DNA from: Alphaproteobacteria bacterium
GTDB lineage: Bacteria > Pseudomonadota > Alphaproteobacteria > SP197
Assembly: GCA_964291265.2 (NCBI GenBank)
Contig: OZ219747.1
Coordinates: 1,600,001-1,664,000, forward strand
Length of the DNA stretch: 64,000 nt
Direction: 5' to 3'
The translations under genes were made by a program, and so were the position numbers. The notes under the pieces are model-generated. The model was not told the origin of the DNA and did not search any database. It was given only the letters and a program-made list of their open reading frames with translations. Of this stretch, positions 39,101 through 48,479 are shown piece after piece (the stretch's first letter is position 1; each line of letters starts with the position of its first letter).

Positions 39101-39930
39101 GTGGTGGCGCCCTTATAGCGGACCTCGGTCATGAAATGTGCGTCGGGCGTACGTGTCTGCGGCACGTTCGAGCCCCACATCATGAGGAAGGTGGAGTTGT
39201 ACCAGTCGGCGCTCTCGGGGACGTCGGTCTGTTCGCCCCAGGTCTGTGGACTCGACGGCGGCAAATCGCAGTACCAGTCGTAGAAGCTCATGCAGACGCC
39301 GCCGATCAGCGACAGGTAGCGCGACCCGGCGGCATAGGAGACCATCGACATCGCCGGAATCGGCGAAAAGCCGATCACCCGGTCAGGACCGTAGGTCCTG
39401 ATGGTGTGGATGTTGGCGGCGGCGATGATCTCGTTGACCTCGTCCCAGTTCGAGCGGACAAATCCACCGTGACCGCGGACCTGCTGGTAGTCCCGGCGCT
39501 TTCCGGCATCGCCTGCGATCGAGGCCCAGGCGGCCACCGGATCCATGGTCTTGCGCGCCTCGCGCCAGTGTCGCACCAGCCGGCTGCGCACCAGCGGATA
39601 CTTGAGCCGGTTGGCGCTGTAGATGTACCAGGAATAGCTGGCGCCGCGCGAACAGCCGCGCGGCTCGTGGTTGGGCAGGTCAGGCCGGGTGCGGGGATAA
39701 TCGGTCTGCTGTGTTTCCCAGGTGATGATTCCGCCCTTGACGTAGATCTTCCAGCTGCACGATCCGGTGCAGTTCACCCCGTGGGTCGAGCGCACGATCT
39801 TGTCATGGCTCCAGCGCGCCCGGTAGGCGTCCTCCCAGGTGCGGTCCTCGCTCGTGACCACGCCGTGCCCGTCCGAGAAGGTGTCGACTGTCTTCGTGAA
39901 GAAGGTCAGTCGGTCCAGGAAATGGCTCAT
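36187..39930 (-). CDS. narG: Nitrate reductase alpha subunit
   Basis: RSTHGVNCTGSCSW, SFYDWYCDLP; 1247 aa. Confidence 0.98.
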   Translation of the reverse strand: MSHFLDRLTFFTKTVDTFSDGHGVVTSEDRTWEDAYRARWSHDKIVRSTHGVNCTGSCSWKIYVKGGIITWETQQTDYPRTRPDLPNHEPRGCSRGASYSWYIYSANRLKYPLVRSRLVRHWREARKTMDPVAAWASIAGDAGKRRDYQQVRGHGGFVRSNWDEVNEIIAAANIHTIRTYGPDRVIGFSPIPAMSMVSYAAGSRYLSLIGGVCMSFYDWYCDLPPSSPQTWGEQTDVPESADWYNSTFLMMWGSNVPQTRTPDAHFMTEVRYKGATTVTVTPDYSEASKFADIWLNPKQGTDAALALAMGHVILKEWHLASKSPYFEDYCRRFTDMPMLVTLRQSNEGWVPDRLLRAADIEGALEETNNPEWKTVAVDANADDSLVCPVGSVGYRWGEGGKWNIEEREGGRGEATRLRLSLLESRDDVLPVGFPYFGNASHDHFAGTDHDDVLWRHVPVKTVTTLQGEVPVATVFDLLVANYGIDRGLGGDHVAGTFDDDVPCTPAWQERITGVTREKVIAVARAFADNAHKTEGRSMVIVGAALNHWYHMDMIYRGIINLLVMCGCVGKSGGGWSHYVGQEKLRPQTGWLPLAFALDWNRPPRHMNSTSFWYAHTDQWRYEQLTASELVSPLAPDGEWTSLSLIDFNVRSERMGWLPSAPQLETNPLEVTRAAGADDPVQTAVAGLASGTLRFSAEDPDNPKNWPRNLFVWRSNLLGSSGKGHEYFLKHLLGTRHGVQGKDLGESGGQRPVEVEWHESAPEGKLDLLVTLDFRMSTTCLYSDIVLPTATWYEKNDLNTSDMHPFIHPLSAAVDPVWETRSDWEIFKGIARTFSDLAEGTLGVERDLVLAPVLHDTPAELAQAIEVRDWKKGECEPRPGKTMPNMVVVERDYPNTYRKFTALGPLLTTVGNGGKGITWNTEDEVAFLKRLNGEVRTEGITQGLARIDSDIDASEVVLALAPETNGKVAVKAWAALGKATGRDHEHLAASREEDSLRFRDLQAQPRKIISSPTWSGVESEHVTYTAGYTNVHELIPWRTLTGRQQLYQDHLWMRAFGEQLCVYKPPIDTKTIRPLIDDRDNGNPQVVLNFITPHQKWGIHSTYTDNLLMLTLSRGGPIIWISETDAARIDAADNDWIEAYNTNGALVARAVVSQRVPEGMTLMYHAQEKIMNMPGSEVTGTRGGIHNSVTRTTVKPTHMIGGYAQQSYGFNYYGTVGSNRDEFVIVRRMREVDWMDDPLPAAAMEAAS

Positions 39931-39943
39931 CGGGCCCGCCTCC

Positions 39944-41551
39944 TCACGGGTTCTTCACGTAGGCGTTCGGTCGCAGGTAGAACCACCAGTTGATCATGAT
40001 GCACAACGCGTAGAAGGCAGCAAAGCCGTAGAGGGCGTTCTCCGGGGTGGTCGCCTTGATCTGTTCCCCGAAGACCTTCGGAATGATGAAGGCGCCATAG
40101 GCGGCGACTGCCGATGTCCAGCCAAGCACCGGGCCGGCCTGCACCTTGTCGAAGACGATGGCGATGGTCCGGAAGGTGGAACCGTTGCCGATCCCGGTGG
40201 CGGCGAAGAGGACGAGAAAGAGGACAAGGAAAGGCAGGAAGTAGTCTTCCGGCGTCGGCGAGACGTAGGCCAGGGACAGGATGTAGGCCACGCCGAGGGC
40301 GCAGGCGACCATGACGAAGGAGACGATCTGCGTGACCAGCGCACCGCCGAACCGGTCCGAGATCATGCCGCCGAGGGGACGGATGAGAGCGCCGATGAAG
40401 GGGCCGGTCCACGCGTACATGAGGGCGCTTGGTCCGTTGGCATTGACGGTCGTGTGGGTGAGCACCCCGTCGACCTCGAGGTGCTGGAAGCCGAACACGA
40501 CCTTGATGGCGAGCCCGAACGTGGCCGCATAGCCGATGAAGGAACCGAAGGTCATGGTGTAGATGACCGTCATCGCCCACGTGTGGCGGTTGCGGAAGAT
40601 GGCGTACTGCTGATCGAGGCTGCGGCGAATGGTGCCGGGGATCAGTCTGAGGGCAAGGACAGTCGCCGCGATGACGAGCGGAAGGACCAGCCACTTGCTG
40701 AGCTCCAGCCCCGAACCGCCGGCGTCGGCCGGCAGCAGCAGCCACAATCCGGCGGCGGCGGTGACGAGACCGATTCCCAGCATGCCGAGAATCTTGCCGA
40801 ACGCGCCGGTTGTCGAGTTGAGACCGGGGGAGACATGGTCCGCGGTGATGTTGTTCATGCCGAACCAGGCGGCGATGACCAGCGGTACCAGGATGGCGAC
40901 CCAGATGTAGCCTGCATTGTGGATGTAGGTCTCGGTGCCGGCCGGAATCTTGCCGATAAGGGTGCCTGAACCGTTGGCCAGGATGAGAGCCGAACCACCG
41001 AACACGCCGACGGTCATCACGAGGGGCACCAGGATCTGCATCGTGGTGACGCCGAAGTTGCCGAGCCCGGCGTTCATTCCCAGCGAATAACCCTGCACTC
41101 TCTTCGGGTAGAAGAACGAGATGTTCGACATCGACGAGGCAAAGTTGCCGCCTCCGAAGCCCGACAGCAGGGCCATGAGCTGGAACTGCCACAGGGGGGT
41201 CGACGGATCCTGCAGGAGGAACCCCGTGCCGGCGGCCGGGATGATGAGCAACGCCGTGGTCAGGAAGATCGTGTTGCGTCCGCCGGCGATGCGGATGAAG
41301 AAGGAAGACGGGATGCGCAGCGTGGCGCCGCTCAGACCGGCGATGGCCGCGAGGGTGAAAAGTTCCGCCTGGGCGAAGGGGAACTTCAGGTTGATCATCT
41401 GGACGGTGATGATCCCCCAGTAGAGCCACACCGCGAACCCGCACAGGAGACAGGGGATTGATATCCACAGGTTGCGGGTCGCGATGCGCCGACCCTCGCC
41501 CTGCCAGAAACCCTCGTCTTCCGGGTTCCAGTTCGTCAGGTTTCTGGCCAT
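39944..41551 (-). CDS. narK: NarK2-type nitrate/nitrite MFS transporter
   Basis: WNPED, RNLWISIP, GGGNFASSM, GIGNGSTF. Confidence 0.92.
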   Translation of the reverse strand: MARNLTNWNPEDEGFWQGEGRRIATRNLWISIPCLLCGFAVWLYWGIITVQMINLKFPFAQAELFTLAAIAGLSGATLRIPSSFFIRIAGGRNTIFLTTALLIIPAAGTGFLLQDPSTPLWQFQLMALLSGFGGGNFASSMSNISFFYPKRVQGYSLGMNAGLGNFGVTTMQILVPLVMTVGVFGGSALILANGSGTLIGKIPAGTETYIHNAGYIWVAILVPLVIAAWFGMNNITADHVSPGLNSTTGAFGKILGMLGIGLVTAAAGLWLLLPADAGGSGLELSKWLVLPLVIAATVLALRLIPGTIRRSLDQQYAIFRNRHTWAMTVIYTMTFGSFIGYAATFGLAIKVVFGFQHLEVDGVLTHTTVNANGPSALMYAWTGPFIGALIRPLGGMISDRFGGALVTQIVSFVMVACALGVAYILSLAYVSPTPEDYFLPFLVLFLVLFAATGIGNGSTFRTIAIVFDKVQAGPVLGWTSAVAAYGAFIIPKVFGEQIKATTPENALYGFAAFYALCIMINWWFYLRPNAYVKNP

Positions 41552-41558
41552 GGCGAGC

Positions 41559-42896
41559 CTATCCCCGGCGCCCCGTGGGGTCCGGTGACTCCGGTGGCAT
41601 TTCGGGCACATCGGAAAGATGGCGCTCGTCCGCAAGCCTGGGATAGCGGCGGCGCTCCATCAGCCGGATGGCGACATGCATCCACACGGTGCTCACCAGC
41701 ACGATGCCAAACAGCAGCATGAAGGAACTTGTCCAGACTCCGAACCAGTCGTTGAAAATGCCGAAGGTGATCGGCAGGACAAAGCCTCCCAGGCCGCCGA
41801 TCATGCCGACCAGTCCGCCGACCGATCCCACGTGCTCCGGATAGTAGACAGGGATGTGCTTGTAGACGGCGGCCTTGCCCAGCGACATGACGAAACCGAG
41901 CACGACGGTGAGGCTGACGAAGACGGTGAGGCTGACGCCGAAGGTGAACTCCATCGGACCCTCGATGCCCTGAACGACGTAACGGGTCTGCGGATAGCTC
42001 ATCACGAAGAGGCAGGCCAGCGATACGATGAACGTCAGGTACATGACGGCCCGCGCTCCCCACCTGTCCGACATCCAGCCGCCAAGCGCCCGGAAGACGG
42101 AACCCGGCATCGAATAGGCGGCGGCCAGCATGCCGGCCGTGGCCAGGGGCAGATCGTAGGCGCCGACATAGAACCGCGGCAGGTAGGAAGCGAGGGCGAC
42201 AAAACCGCCGAAGACGAAGAAGTAATAGGTAGCGAAGCGCCACACCTGCAGGTTCTTCAGGGGCGCCAGCTGGTTCGCCGTCGACACCGGTTTCAGACCC
42301 TGGCGCTTGCGCGCCACCTCCCCCGGGTCAGGACGCGCCAGCACATAGTAGAGAACGGCGGTCGCGGCGAGGACGACGGCATAGATCTGGGCTGTCTGTT
42401 CCCAGCCGAAGGCCAGCACGAGGAAGGGAGCCCCGAAGTTGGTGACAGCGGCGCCGACATTGCCGACACCGAAGATACCCAATGCCGTTCCCTGGTGCTC
42501 CTTGTCGAACCACTGGGAGGTATAGGCGATGCCGACGATGAAGGATCCGCCGGCGAGGCCGACGCCGAGTGCGGCGATGAGGAAGACCTCGTAGGTCCTG
42601 ACCTCGGAGAGGAGCCAGCAGGCCACGGCGGTGGCCAGCATCTGCAGGGTGAAGACCAGACGGCCTCCGAACTGTTCCGTCCACACACCCAGGAAGATCC
42701 GGCTGATCGATCCGGTCAGGACCGGTGTTGCGACCAGGATGCCGAATTCCGTCTCCGAGAGACCGAGGTCCTGCTTGATCTTGACGCCGATGATGGAAAA
42801 GATCGTCCAGACGGCAAAGCAGACGGTGAAGGCGAATGTGCTCAGGCCGAGGGCCTTCAGCTGATCGCCTCTCGTGACGTCCTTGAGATCTGACAT
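41559..42896 (-). CDS. narK: NarK1-type nitrate MFS transporter
   Basis: STFAFTVCFAVW, GLAGGSF, YFFVFGGFV, GKAAVYK. Confidence 0.92.
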   Translation of the reverse strand: MSDLKDVTRGDQLKALGLSTFAFTVCFAVWTIFSIIGVKIKQDLGLSETEFGILVATPVLTGSISRIFLGVWTEQFGGRLVFTLQMLATAVACWLLSEVRTYEVFLIAALGVGLAGGSFIVGIAYTSQWFDKEHQGTALGIFGVGNVGAAVTNFGAPFLVLAFGWEQTAQIYAVVLAATAVLYYVLARPDPGEVARKRQGLKPVSTANQLAPLKNLQVWRFATYYFFVFGGFVALASYLPRFYVGAYDLPLATAGMLAAAYSMPGSVFRALGGWMSDRWGARAVMYLTFIVSLACLFVMSYPQTRYVVQGIEGPMEFTFGVSLTVFVSLTVVLGFVMSLGKAAVYKHIPVYYPEHVGSVGGLVGMIGGLGGFVLPITFGIFNDWFGVWTSSFMLLFGIVLVSTVWMHVAIRLMERRRYPRLADERHLSDVPEMPPESPDPTGRRG

Positions 42897-42993
42897 GGGT
42901 CAACCGCCACCACGGTGCCTGACGTGCAGGAATAGTCGAAGCGGGTATACCGTGTCAAGACACCGGAGGTCCTTGTCGTGGAGGAGGAAAGGC

Positions 42994-43842
42994 ATGGCCG
43001 ACATCATTGATCAACACGAGGCTGCGCGCCGGCTCGGCATGACTGTCGAGGAGGTCACCTACCGTCTCGCCTACGGGCAGATGATGGGCGTCGAGGCCGA
43101 GGACAACTGGCGGATCGACACCCGGGATCTGGAGTCGTTCAGGCGGGGTCAGGCCCTTGGCCGTGCCATCGCGGCGGCGGGAAAGGCGCCGGTGGACAGC
43201 AAGTCGCCCGAGGACTTCCAGGAGATCTCGCCGGATGCATCCCCGGGTTGGCGGCGCAACCCCGAATACGAGGTCGATCTTGCCATCGTGCCCGCGAGGG
43301 TCGAGGCCCGTTGCGCAGGCGCCACCGTTGCAGCCAGCCAACGCGCCCTCACGGTCATGGAGCTCGGCCACGGGGCTGTCTACTACATGCCGAAGGACGA
43401 TGTGGAGTGGTCGTGCCTTGTGGCCAGCACGCATTCCACATACTGCCAGTACAAGGGCTTTGCGCGTTACTGGACGCTCCGGATCGGTTCCCGGGTCGAG
43501 GAGAACGTGATCTGGGCCTATGACGAACCGCACCGGGAGGTTGACGGCCTGAAGGATCACGTGGGTTTCTACTGGCACCGCATGGATGCCTGGCTTGAGG
43601 ACGGCGTGACGGTCGAACGGCCGCGCGACATCGCCGGGCGATGCGATGCGCGGCACAGTTTCCGCGCGCTCTATCCCGAGCTCGCCCGCCAGTGGCATCC
43701 CGAGAGGAATCCCAACATCAACCCCTACGAATGCGCGCCCTGGTTCCATGCATGCGTCTGGTGGCAGGACGACAGCGGCCGCGAATGGCGTCAGCCGATC
43801 CGCGACCGCGTGCTCGGCCACCCGCCCCGTCACGCTCCCTGA
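42994..43842 (+). CDS. HTH + DUF427 + DUF4379-like fusion protein (282 aa)
   Basis: GAGGAGG before the ATG. EAARRLG...WRI (excisionase-like HTH); VYYMP..DV, TYCQYKGFARYW, IWAYDEP (DUF427); LYPELARQWHPERN...VWW (DUF4379-like). Confidence 0.75.
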   Translation: MADIIDQHEAARRLGMTVEEVTYRLAYGQMMGVEAEDNWRIDTRDLESFRRGQALGRAIAAAGKAPVDSKSPEDFQEISPDASPGWRRNPEYEVDLAIVPARVEARCAGATVAASQRALTVMELGHGAVYYMPKDDVEWSCLVASTHSTYCQYKGFARYWTLRIGSRVEENVIWAYDEPHREVDGLKDHVGFYWHRMDAWLEDGVTVERPRDIAGRCDARHSFRALYPELARQWHPERNPNINPYECAPWFHACVWWQDDSGREWRQPIRDRVLGHPPRHAP

Positions 43843-43960
43843 GAACCCCGTCGGCCGGACTGTCGATCTGCGGTCGAAGGACGATCACGAGATCCGGCGT
43901 GCCGAAACCGGTGGATCGCGACCGTGCGCCGGTTCGCGCTCCTGATCGTTGCGCCCGTGT

Positions 43961-45037
43961 TCAGGAGTCGAAGACGATGACGCTGCGCGCCACCTCGCCG
44001 GCCTTCATGTCGTCGAAGCCCTCGTTGATCTCCTCGAGGGTGATGCGGCGGCTGATCATGTCGTCGAGCTTGAGCTTGCCGTCGAGGTAGAAGTCGACAT
44101 AGCGGGGCATGTCGACCCGGAAGTGGTTGGAACCCATGTTGGAGCCGCGCAGCACCTTGTCGTCGAGCAGGTCGGCACCGTGAATCTCCAGCATCTCGCC
44201 CTCCGGCACCATGCCGATGACCGTGGCCATGCCGGAGGTCCTGAGCATCCGGAAGGCCTGTTCGCTGGTCTGCTTGAGACCAAGCGCCTCGAAGGAGTAT
44301 TCGACGCCGCCCCCCGTCATCTCCCGCACCGCCTCCACCGGGTCGACCTCGGCGGCATTGACCGCGTCCGTGGCTCCGAAGTGGCGGGCGAGGTTGAGCT
44401 TGCTGCCCTTGACGTCGACGGCAATGATGCGTCCGGCGCCGGCGATGGCCGCTCCGTTGATGGCCGAGAGACCCACTCCGCCGTAGCCGATGACCGCCAC
44501 CGTGCTTCCGACCTCGATCTTCGCCGTGTTGATCACGGCGCCGAATCCGGTGGTGACGCCGCAGCCGATCAGCGCGGCGCGGTCGAAGGGCATGTCGTTG
44601 CGGATCTTCACGAGCGCATGTTCGTGAACGAGCATCATCTCGGCGAAGGCGGAGAGGTTGTAGAACTGGCTCACACCGTTGCCGAGGCGGGGCTCCTCGC
44701 CTTCCGCGCGTGACACCTCGGGATTCTGACAGCTGAAGGGACGGCCTGTCGTGCAGTATTCGCAGTGGCCGCAGAAGACGCTGAGGCAGGAAATCACGTG
44801 ATCGCCAGGCGTGAAATGGTGCACCTCGGAACCGACCGCCTCGACGACACCCGCGGCCTCGTGCCCGAGAACCGTCGGCAACGGTGCGGCATACTTGCCC
44901 TCGATGTAATGAAGGTCGCTGTGGCAGACGCCGCACGCCGCCGTGCGCACGAGGACCTCGCGGGACCTTGGCTTCGAGACCGGTACATCCTCGATGACAA
45001 GGGGGGCATTGACCTCATGCAGTACTGCAGCCTTCAT
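43961..45037 (-). CDS. Zn-dependent alcohol dehydrogenase
   Basis: GVCHSD, GHEAAG, CGHCEYC, GCGVTTG, GYGGVG. Confidence 0.95.
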   Translation of the reverse strand: MKAAVLHEVNAPLVIEDVPVSKPRSREVLVRTAACGVCHSDLHYIEGKYAAPLPTVLGHEAAGVVEAVGSEVHHFTPGDHVISCLSVFCGHCEYCTTGRPFSCQNPEVSRAEGEEPRLGNGVSQFYNLSAFAEMMLVHEHALVKIRNDMPFDRAALIGCGVTTGFGAVINTAKIEVGSTVAVIGYGGVGLSAINGAAIAGAGRIIAVDVKGSKLNLARHFGATDAVNAAEVDPVEAVREMTGGGVEYSFEALGLKQTSEQAFRMLRTSGMATVIGMVPEGEMLEIHGADLLDDKVLRGSNMGSNHFRVDMPRYVDFYLDGKLKLDDMISRRITLEEINEGFDDMKAGEVARSVIVFDS

Positions 45038-45125
45038 GGTATGCTCCTCCGTGGATCCATCAGGCGCTCATGCTCCTGATCGGGTCTGTCAAGTCAAGCT
45101 GCCGCAAGATGTAAGGTCCCGCAGG

Positions 45126-46001
45126 ATGCCGCATGCTGACGTGATGCCCGTTCCCCGGAAAACGGTCGATGATTTCCGCCGTGACGGCGCCGTGGTGCTG
45201 AGAGGTGTTCTCGATCCTGTCTGGCGCCGGGAACTCGAGCGGGGTATCGCCGCCCTGAAGGACAAGCCTGGCCGCCACAGGGCGGACTGGATCCGTGACG
45301 AGGCGACCGGCGATCATGTCCTCTTCGATGCGGCCGCCGTGCCCGACAATCCCTTCTTCGCCTCCTGCATGACTTCGTCGCCGCTCGGCCCGATCGCGGC
45401 GCGGATGATGGAGTCGCCCACGGCCCTGGCGTTCTACGTGTCGATGTTCCTTCGCTCGCCCGGCACGTCGACGCCCACGCCATGGCACCAGGACCAGACC
45501 TACTGGTGTGCCGAAGGCCGCCAGGCGCTGAGTGTCTGGACATCCCTCGACCCGGTGCCGGCCGGCACGGAGCTGACGTTTGTCCGCGGGTCCCACCTGT
45601 GGGATCGCCCCCTGGCGCAGCCGTTCTTCGAGCACGAACATCTTGGCGGGGTGCGCGATGACGGCCTCGGCGGCAGCGTGGCGATCACCGACTTCGCGGC
45701 CAGCGACCTCCACGAGGTCATCGGCTGGCCAACGGAACCCGGCGACGTCGTGGTGTTTCACGGCATGACCGTCCACGGCGGATCGGGCAACCTGCCCGAA
45801 GGGCTTGGAAGACGCACACTGTCGTTCCAGTGGCTGGGCGAGGATGTCCGGGTCACCACACGCCCCGGGGGCTGTTCGCCGGACTGGTTGCCGGAGTTCG
45901 CCCACCACGGCGTGAAGCCAGGCGACTATCCATGGTGCGCCATGTGCCCCAGGGTCTCGGCCAACGGGGTGGTCTCGCATCGGCAAGGGCGATTGTCATG
46001 A
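45126..46001 (+). CDS. Phytanoyl-CoA dioxygenase (PhyH) family Fe/2OG oxygenase
   Basis: TPWHQD, VRGSH, PGDVVVFHG.TVHG. Confidence 0.9.
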   Translation: MPHADVMPVPRKTVDDFRRDGAVVLRGVLDPVWRRELERGIAALKDKPGRHRADWIRDEATGDHVLFDAAAVPDNPFFASCMTSSPLGPIAARMMESPTALAFYVSMFLRSPGTSTPTPWHQDQTYWCAEGRQALSVWTSLDPVPAGTELTFVRGSHLWDRPLAQPFFEHEHLGGVRDDGLGGSVAITDFAASDLHEVIGWPTEPGDVVVFHGMTVHGGSGNLPEGLGRRTLSFQWLGEDVRVTTRPGGCSPDWLPEFAHHGVKPGDYPWCAMCPRVSANGVVSHRQGRLS

Positions 46002-47248
46002 CCCGTATCGGCTTGCGTCCCGGACGTTTCGACGCCTCGGGCCTGGCGCCGGTCGCGTTGCCGTTCACCGAAGAGGAGTACTGCGCGCGCCTGAAGAAAC
46101 TCACCGCCATGGCGGCCGACGAGGGAATCGACCTGCTCTGGGTGACGTCGCCCGAGGGTGTTGCCTGGCTCCACGGGTTCACGGCCTCGTGGTACAAGGG
46201 CCAGTCGCCGATGCGTTACCCGCAGTGCTACGGCACCGCCGTTCACGTCGCCAGCCGGCGGTTCATCCATTTCGACAACCCGACCGAGGAACCGGTCCTG
46301 GCCCTGACCTCGCGGTCACGGGACAACCGCTGGCTTCCCGACCGCGAGGCAGGGCCCAACATCGCGTTCGTTGTCGATGAGCTCGCCAGGGAGGGGTGGC
46401 TCTCCGGCACCATCGGCATGGAGTTCTGGAGCTATCTGCCGAACCGCGCCATCAGCACCATGTTCGAAGGAGCCTTTCTCGCTGCCGGCGCCCGCCCGGT
46501 CGACATGAGCGCCATGATCCGCCGGGCCCGGCGGGTCAAGTCCGCGGCGGAAATCGCCTGCATCGAGAGGGCCATGGAGATCTGCGACATCGGACACCGG
46601 GCGATCGTCGACAACCTCGAGCCCGGCATCACCGAGCTCGAGCTCTTCGGCAGGGTGATGGCCGCCATGATGGCGGTTGGCGGGGAGTTCTCGGCGCTCA
46701 TCCCGATCTTCAACGCCATGCCGCTTGCCGGGTCGAAGCCGCTGTCAAGCGGCCATGCGATGGCCTCACGCAGGGTGATCAACGCCGGGGAAATCCTGGC
46801 CGCGGACCTGTGCGGCGTCTTCAACCGCTATCATGCCAATGCCCTGCGCGGATACTACGTCGGCGATGATCCTCCATGCGACCTCGTGGAGCGCTACCGC
46901 CTCTCGGGCGGCGTCTTCGGGGTGATCGCCAGCGACGTGAAGGCGGGCATGACGGTGCGCGAGGTCAATCGCGTACTGCGCTCCTACTACGAGGAAACCG
47001 GTCTGTGGTCCGAAAGCGAGGGCTGGGCGCTGGGCTATGAACTCGGCTGGTCGTTGCCTCCCGACTGGGTCGGGGACTTCTACTTTCATCTGGGCGACGA
47101 ACGCTATCTCGACCGGGTGTTCGAGGAGAACATGGTGACCAACTTCGAAAGCCTCTTCGACACCCACCTCATCGACACACTCGTTTACGGCAGGGACGGA
47201 ACGAGGGTGCTCTCGAAGACCCCGCTCGAGCTGATCGCAGTGGGATAG
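45998..47248 (+). CDS. M24 (Xaa-Pro peptidase/creatinase-like) protein
   Basis: PFTEEEY..RL, RRVKSAAEI, PGITELE, RYHAN..R, FEENMV. Confidence 0.8.
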   Translation: MTRIGLRPGRFDASGLAPVALPFTEEEYCARLKKLTAMAADEGIDLLWVTSPEGVAWLHGFTASWYKGQSPMRYPQCYGTAVHVASRRFIHFDNPTEEPVLALTSRSRDNRWLPDREAGPNIAFVVDELAREGWLSGTIGMEFWSYLPNRAISTMFEGAFLAAGARPVDMSAMIRRARRVKSAAEIACIERAMEICDIGHRAIVDNLEPGITELELFGRVMAAMMAVGGEFSALIPIFNAMPLAGSKPLSSGHAMASRRVINAGEILAADLCGVFNRYHANALRGYYVGDDPPCDLVERYRLSGGVFGVIASDVKAGMTVREVNRVLRSYYEETGLWSESEGWALGYELGWSLPPDWVGDFYFHLGDERYLDRVFEENMVTNFESLFDTHLIDTLVYGRDGTRVLSKTPLELIAVG

Positions 47249-47305
47249 ACCGGACAGGGGCTTGCGCCCTGGTTCCTTGAACATGGCACAGAGTGGAGGT
47301 GGTCC

Positions 47306-48472
47306 ATGAGCGAACCGGCTACAGCCGGCCTCCCGGAGACCGAGGCCCAGATTCTGGCGGCGCTTGACCGCTTTCTTGTCCGCGAGGTCGAGCCCCGTGT
47401 CATGGCGTTGGAGGATGCCGACGAGTATCCGGGCGACATCGTCGAGGGCATGAAGGAACTGGGGCTCTTCGGCTGTGTCATTTCCGAGGATCACGGCGGC
47501 CTCGGCCTGCCGGTGACGACCTACGTGCGCATTGTCGAGCGCATCTGCGAGACCTGGATGTCCCTGTCGGGTGTCTTCAACACCCATCTCCTCATGGCCT
47601 GGATCGTCCAGATGTTCGGCACCGCGGAACAGAAGGCGACCTGGCTGCCGAAGTTCGCCAGTGGCGAGATGAGGGGCGGCCTGGCGCTGACGGAACCCGG
47701 GTGCGGCACGGACCTGCAGGCCATTCGCACACGGGCCGTGCGGGACGGAACCGACTACATCGTGAACGGGACCAAGACCTGGATCACCAACGGCTATCAC
47801 GGAGATTGCGTGGCCCTGCTGGTCAAGACCGATCCTGCGGCAGAGCCGCGTCACAGGGGAATGAGTCTCTTCCTTGCGCAAAAGGGCGAGGGATTCACGG
47901 CAAGCCGCAAGCTCCCCAAGCTCGGATACCGGGGTATCGACACGGCAGAGCTCGTCTTCGACGACTTCAGGATTCCCCGGGACCGGCTGATCGGAACAAG
48001 GGAGGGATTGGGGCTCAAGCAGGCCCTTGGCGCCCTCGAGCTCGGCCGCATCAATGTCGCGGCACGCGGTGTCGGCGTCGCCAGGCGGGCCCTCGATCTC
48101 GCGGTGGACTATGCCCGGCAGCGCCACACGTTCGGCAAGCCCATTGCGGCTCACCAGGCCATCCAGATCAAGCTTGCCGACATGGCGACGAGGCTCGAGG
48201 CGTCCCGGCATCTCACGCGGTCCGCTGCCGAGGCGTTCGACGCGGGGGAACGGTGCGACATGGAGGCCGGCATGGCCAAGCTGCACGCCACTGAGACCGC
48301 GCTCTTCAATGCGACGGAATCCATGCGCATCCATGGCGCCTACGGCTATTCCAAGGAATTCGAGATCGAGCGCCTCTACCGGGACGCTCCCCTGCTTGTC
48401 ATCGGCGAGGGGACCAACGAGTTGCAGCGCATCGTCATTGCCCGGCAGCTTGTCGCCCGCCACCCGGACTGA
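47306..48472 (+). CDS. Acyl-CoA dehydrogenase
   Basis: ALTEPGCGTD, NGTKTWITN, HGAYGYS, IGEGTNELQR. Confidence 0.95.
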   Translation: MSEPATAGLPETEAQILAALDRFLVREVEPRVMALEDADEYPGDIVEGMKELGLFGCVISEDHGGLGLPVTTYVRIVERICETWMSLSGVFNTHLLMAWIVQMFGTAEQKATWLPKFASGEMRGGLALTEPGCGTDLQAIRTRAVRDGTDYIVNGTKTWITNGYHGDCVALLVKTDPAAEPRHRGMSLFLAQKGEGFTASRKLPKLGYRGIDTAELVFDDFRIPRDRLIGTREGLGLKQALGALELGRINVAARGVGVARRALDLAVDYARQRHTFGKPIAAHQAIQIKLADMATRLEASRHLTRSAAEAFDAGERCDMEAGMAKLHATETALFNATESMRIHGAYGYSKEFEIERLYRDAPLLVIGEGTNELQRIVIARQLVARHPD

Positions 48473-48479
48473 TCTCGTC

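Noticed and set aside
41551-41561. NarK1-NarK2 fusion by readthrough
   Set aside because: A 7-nt gap puts the genes out of frame, so they are separate ORFs.
42897-43015. FNR box for the nar operon
   Set aside because: Only half-sites (TGTCAA, TTGATCAA) are present, without the N4 spacing.
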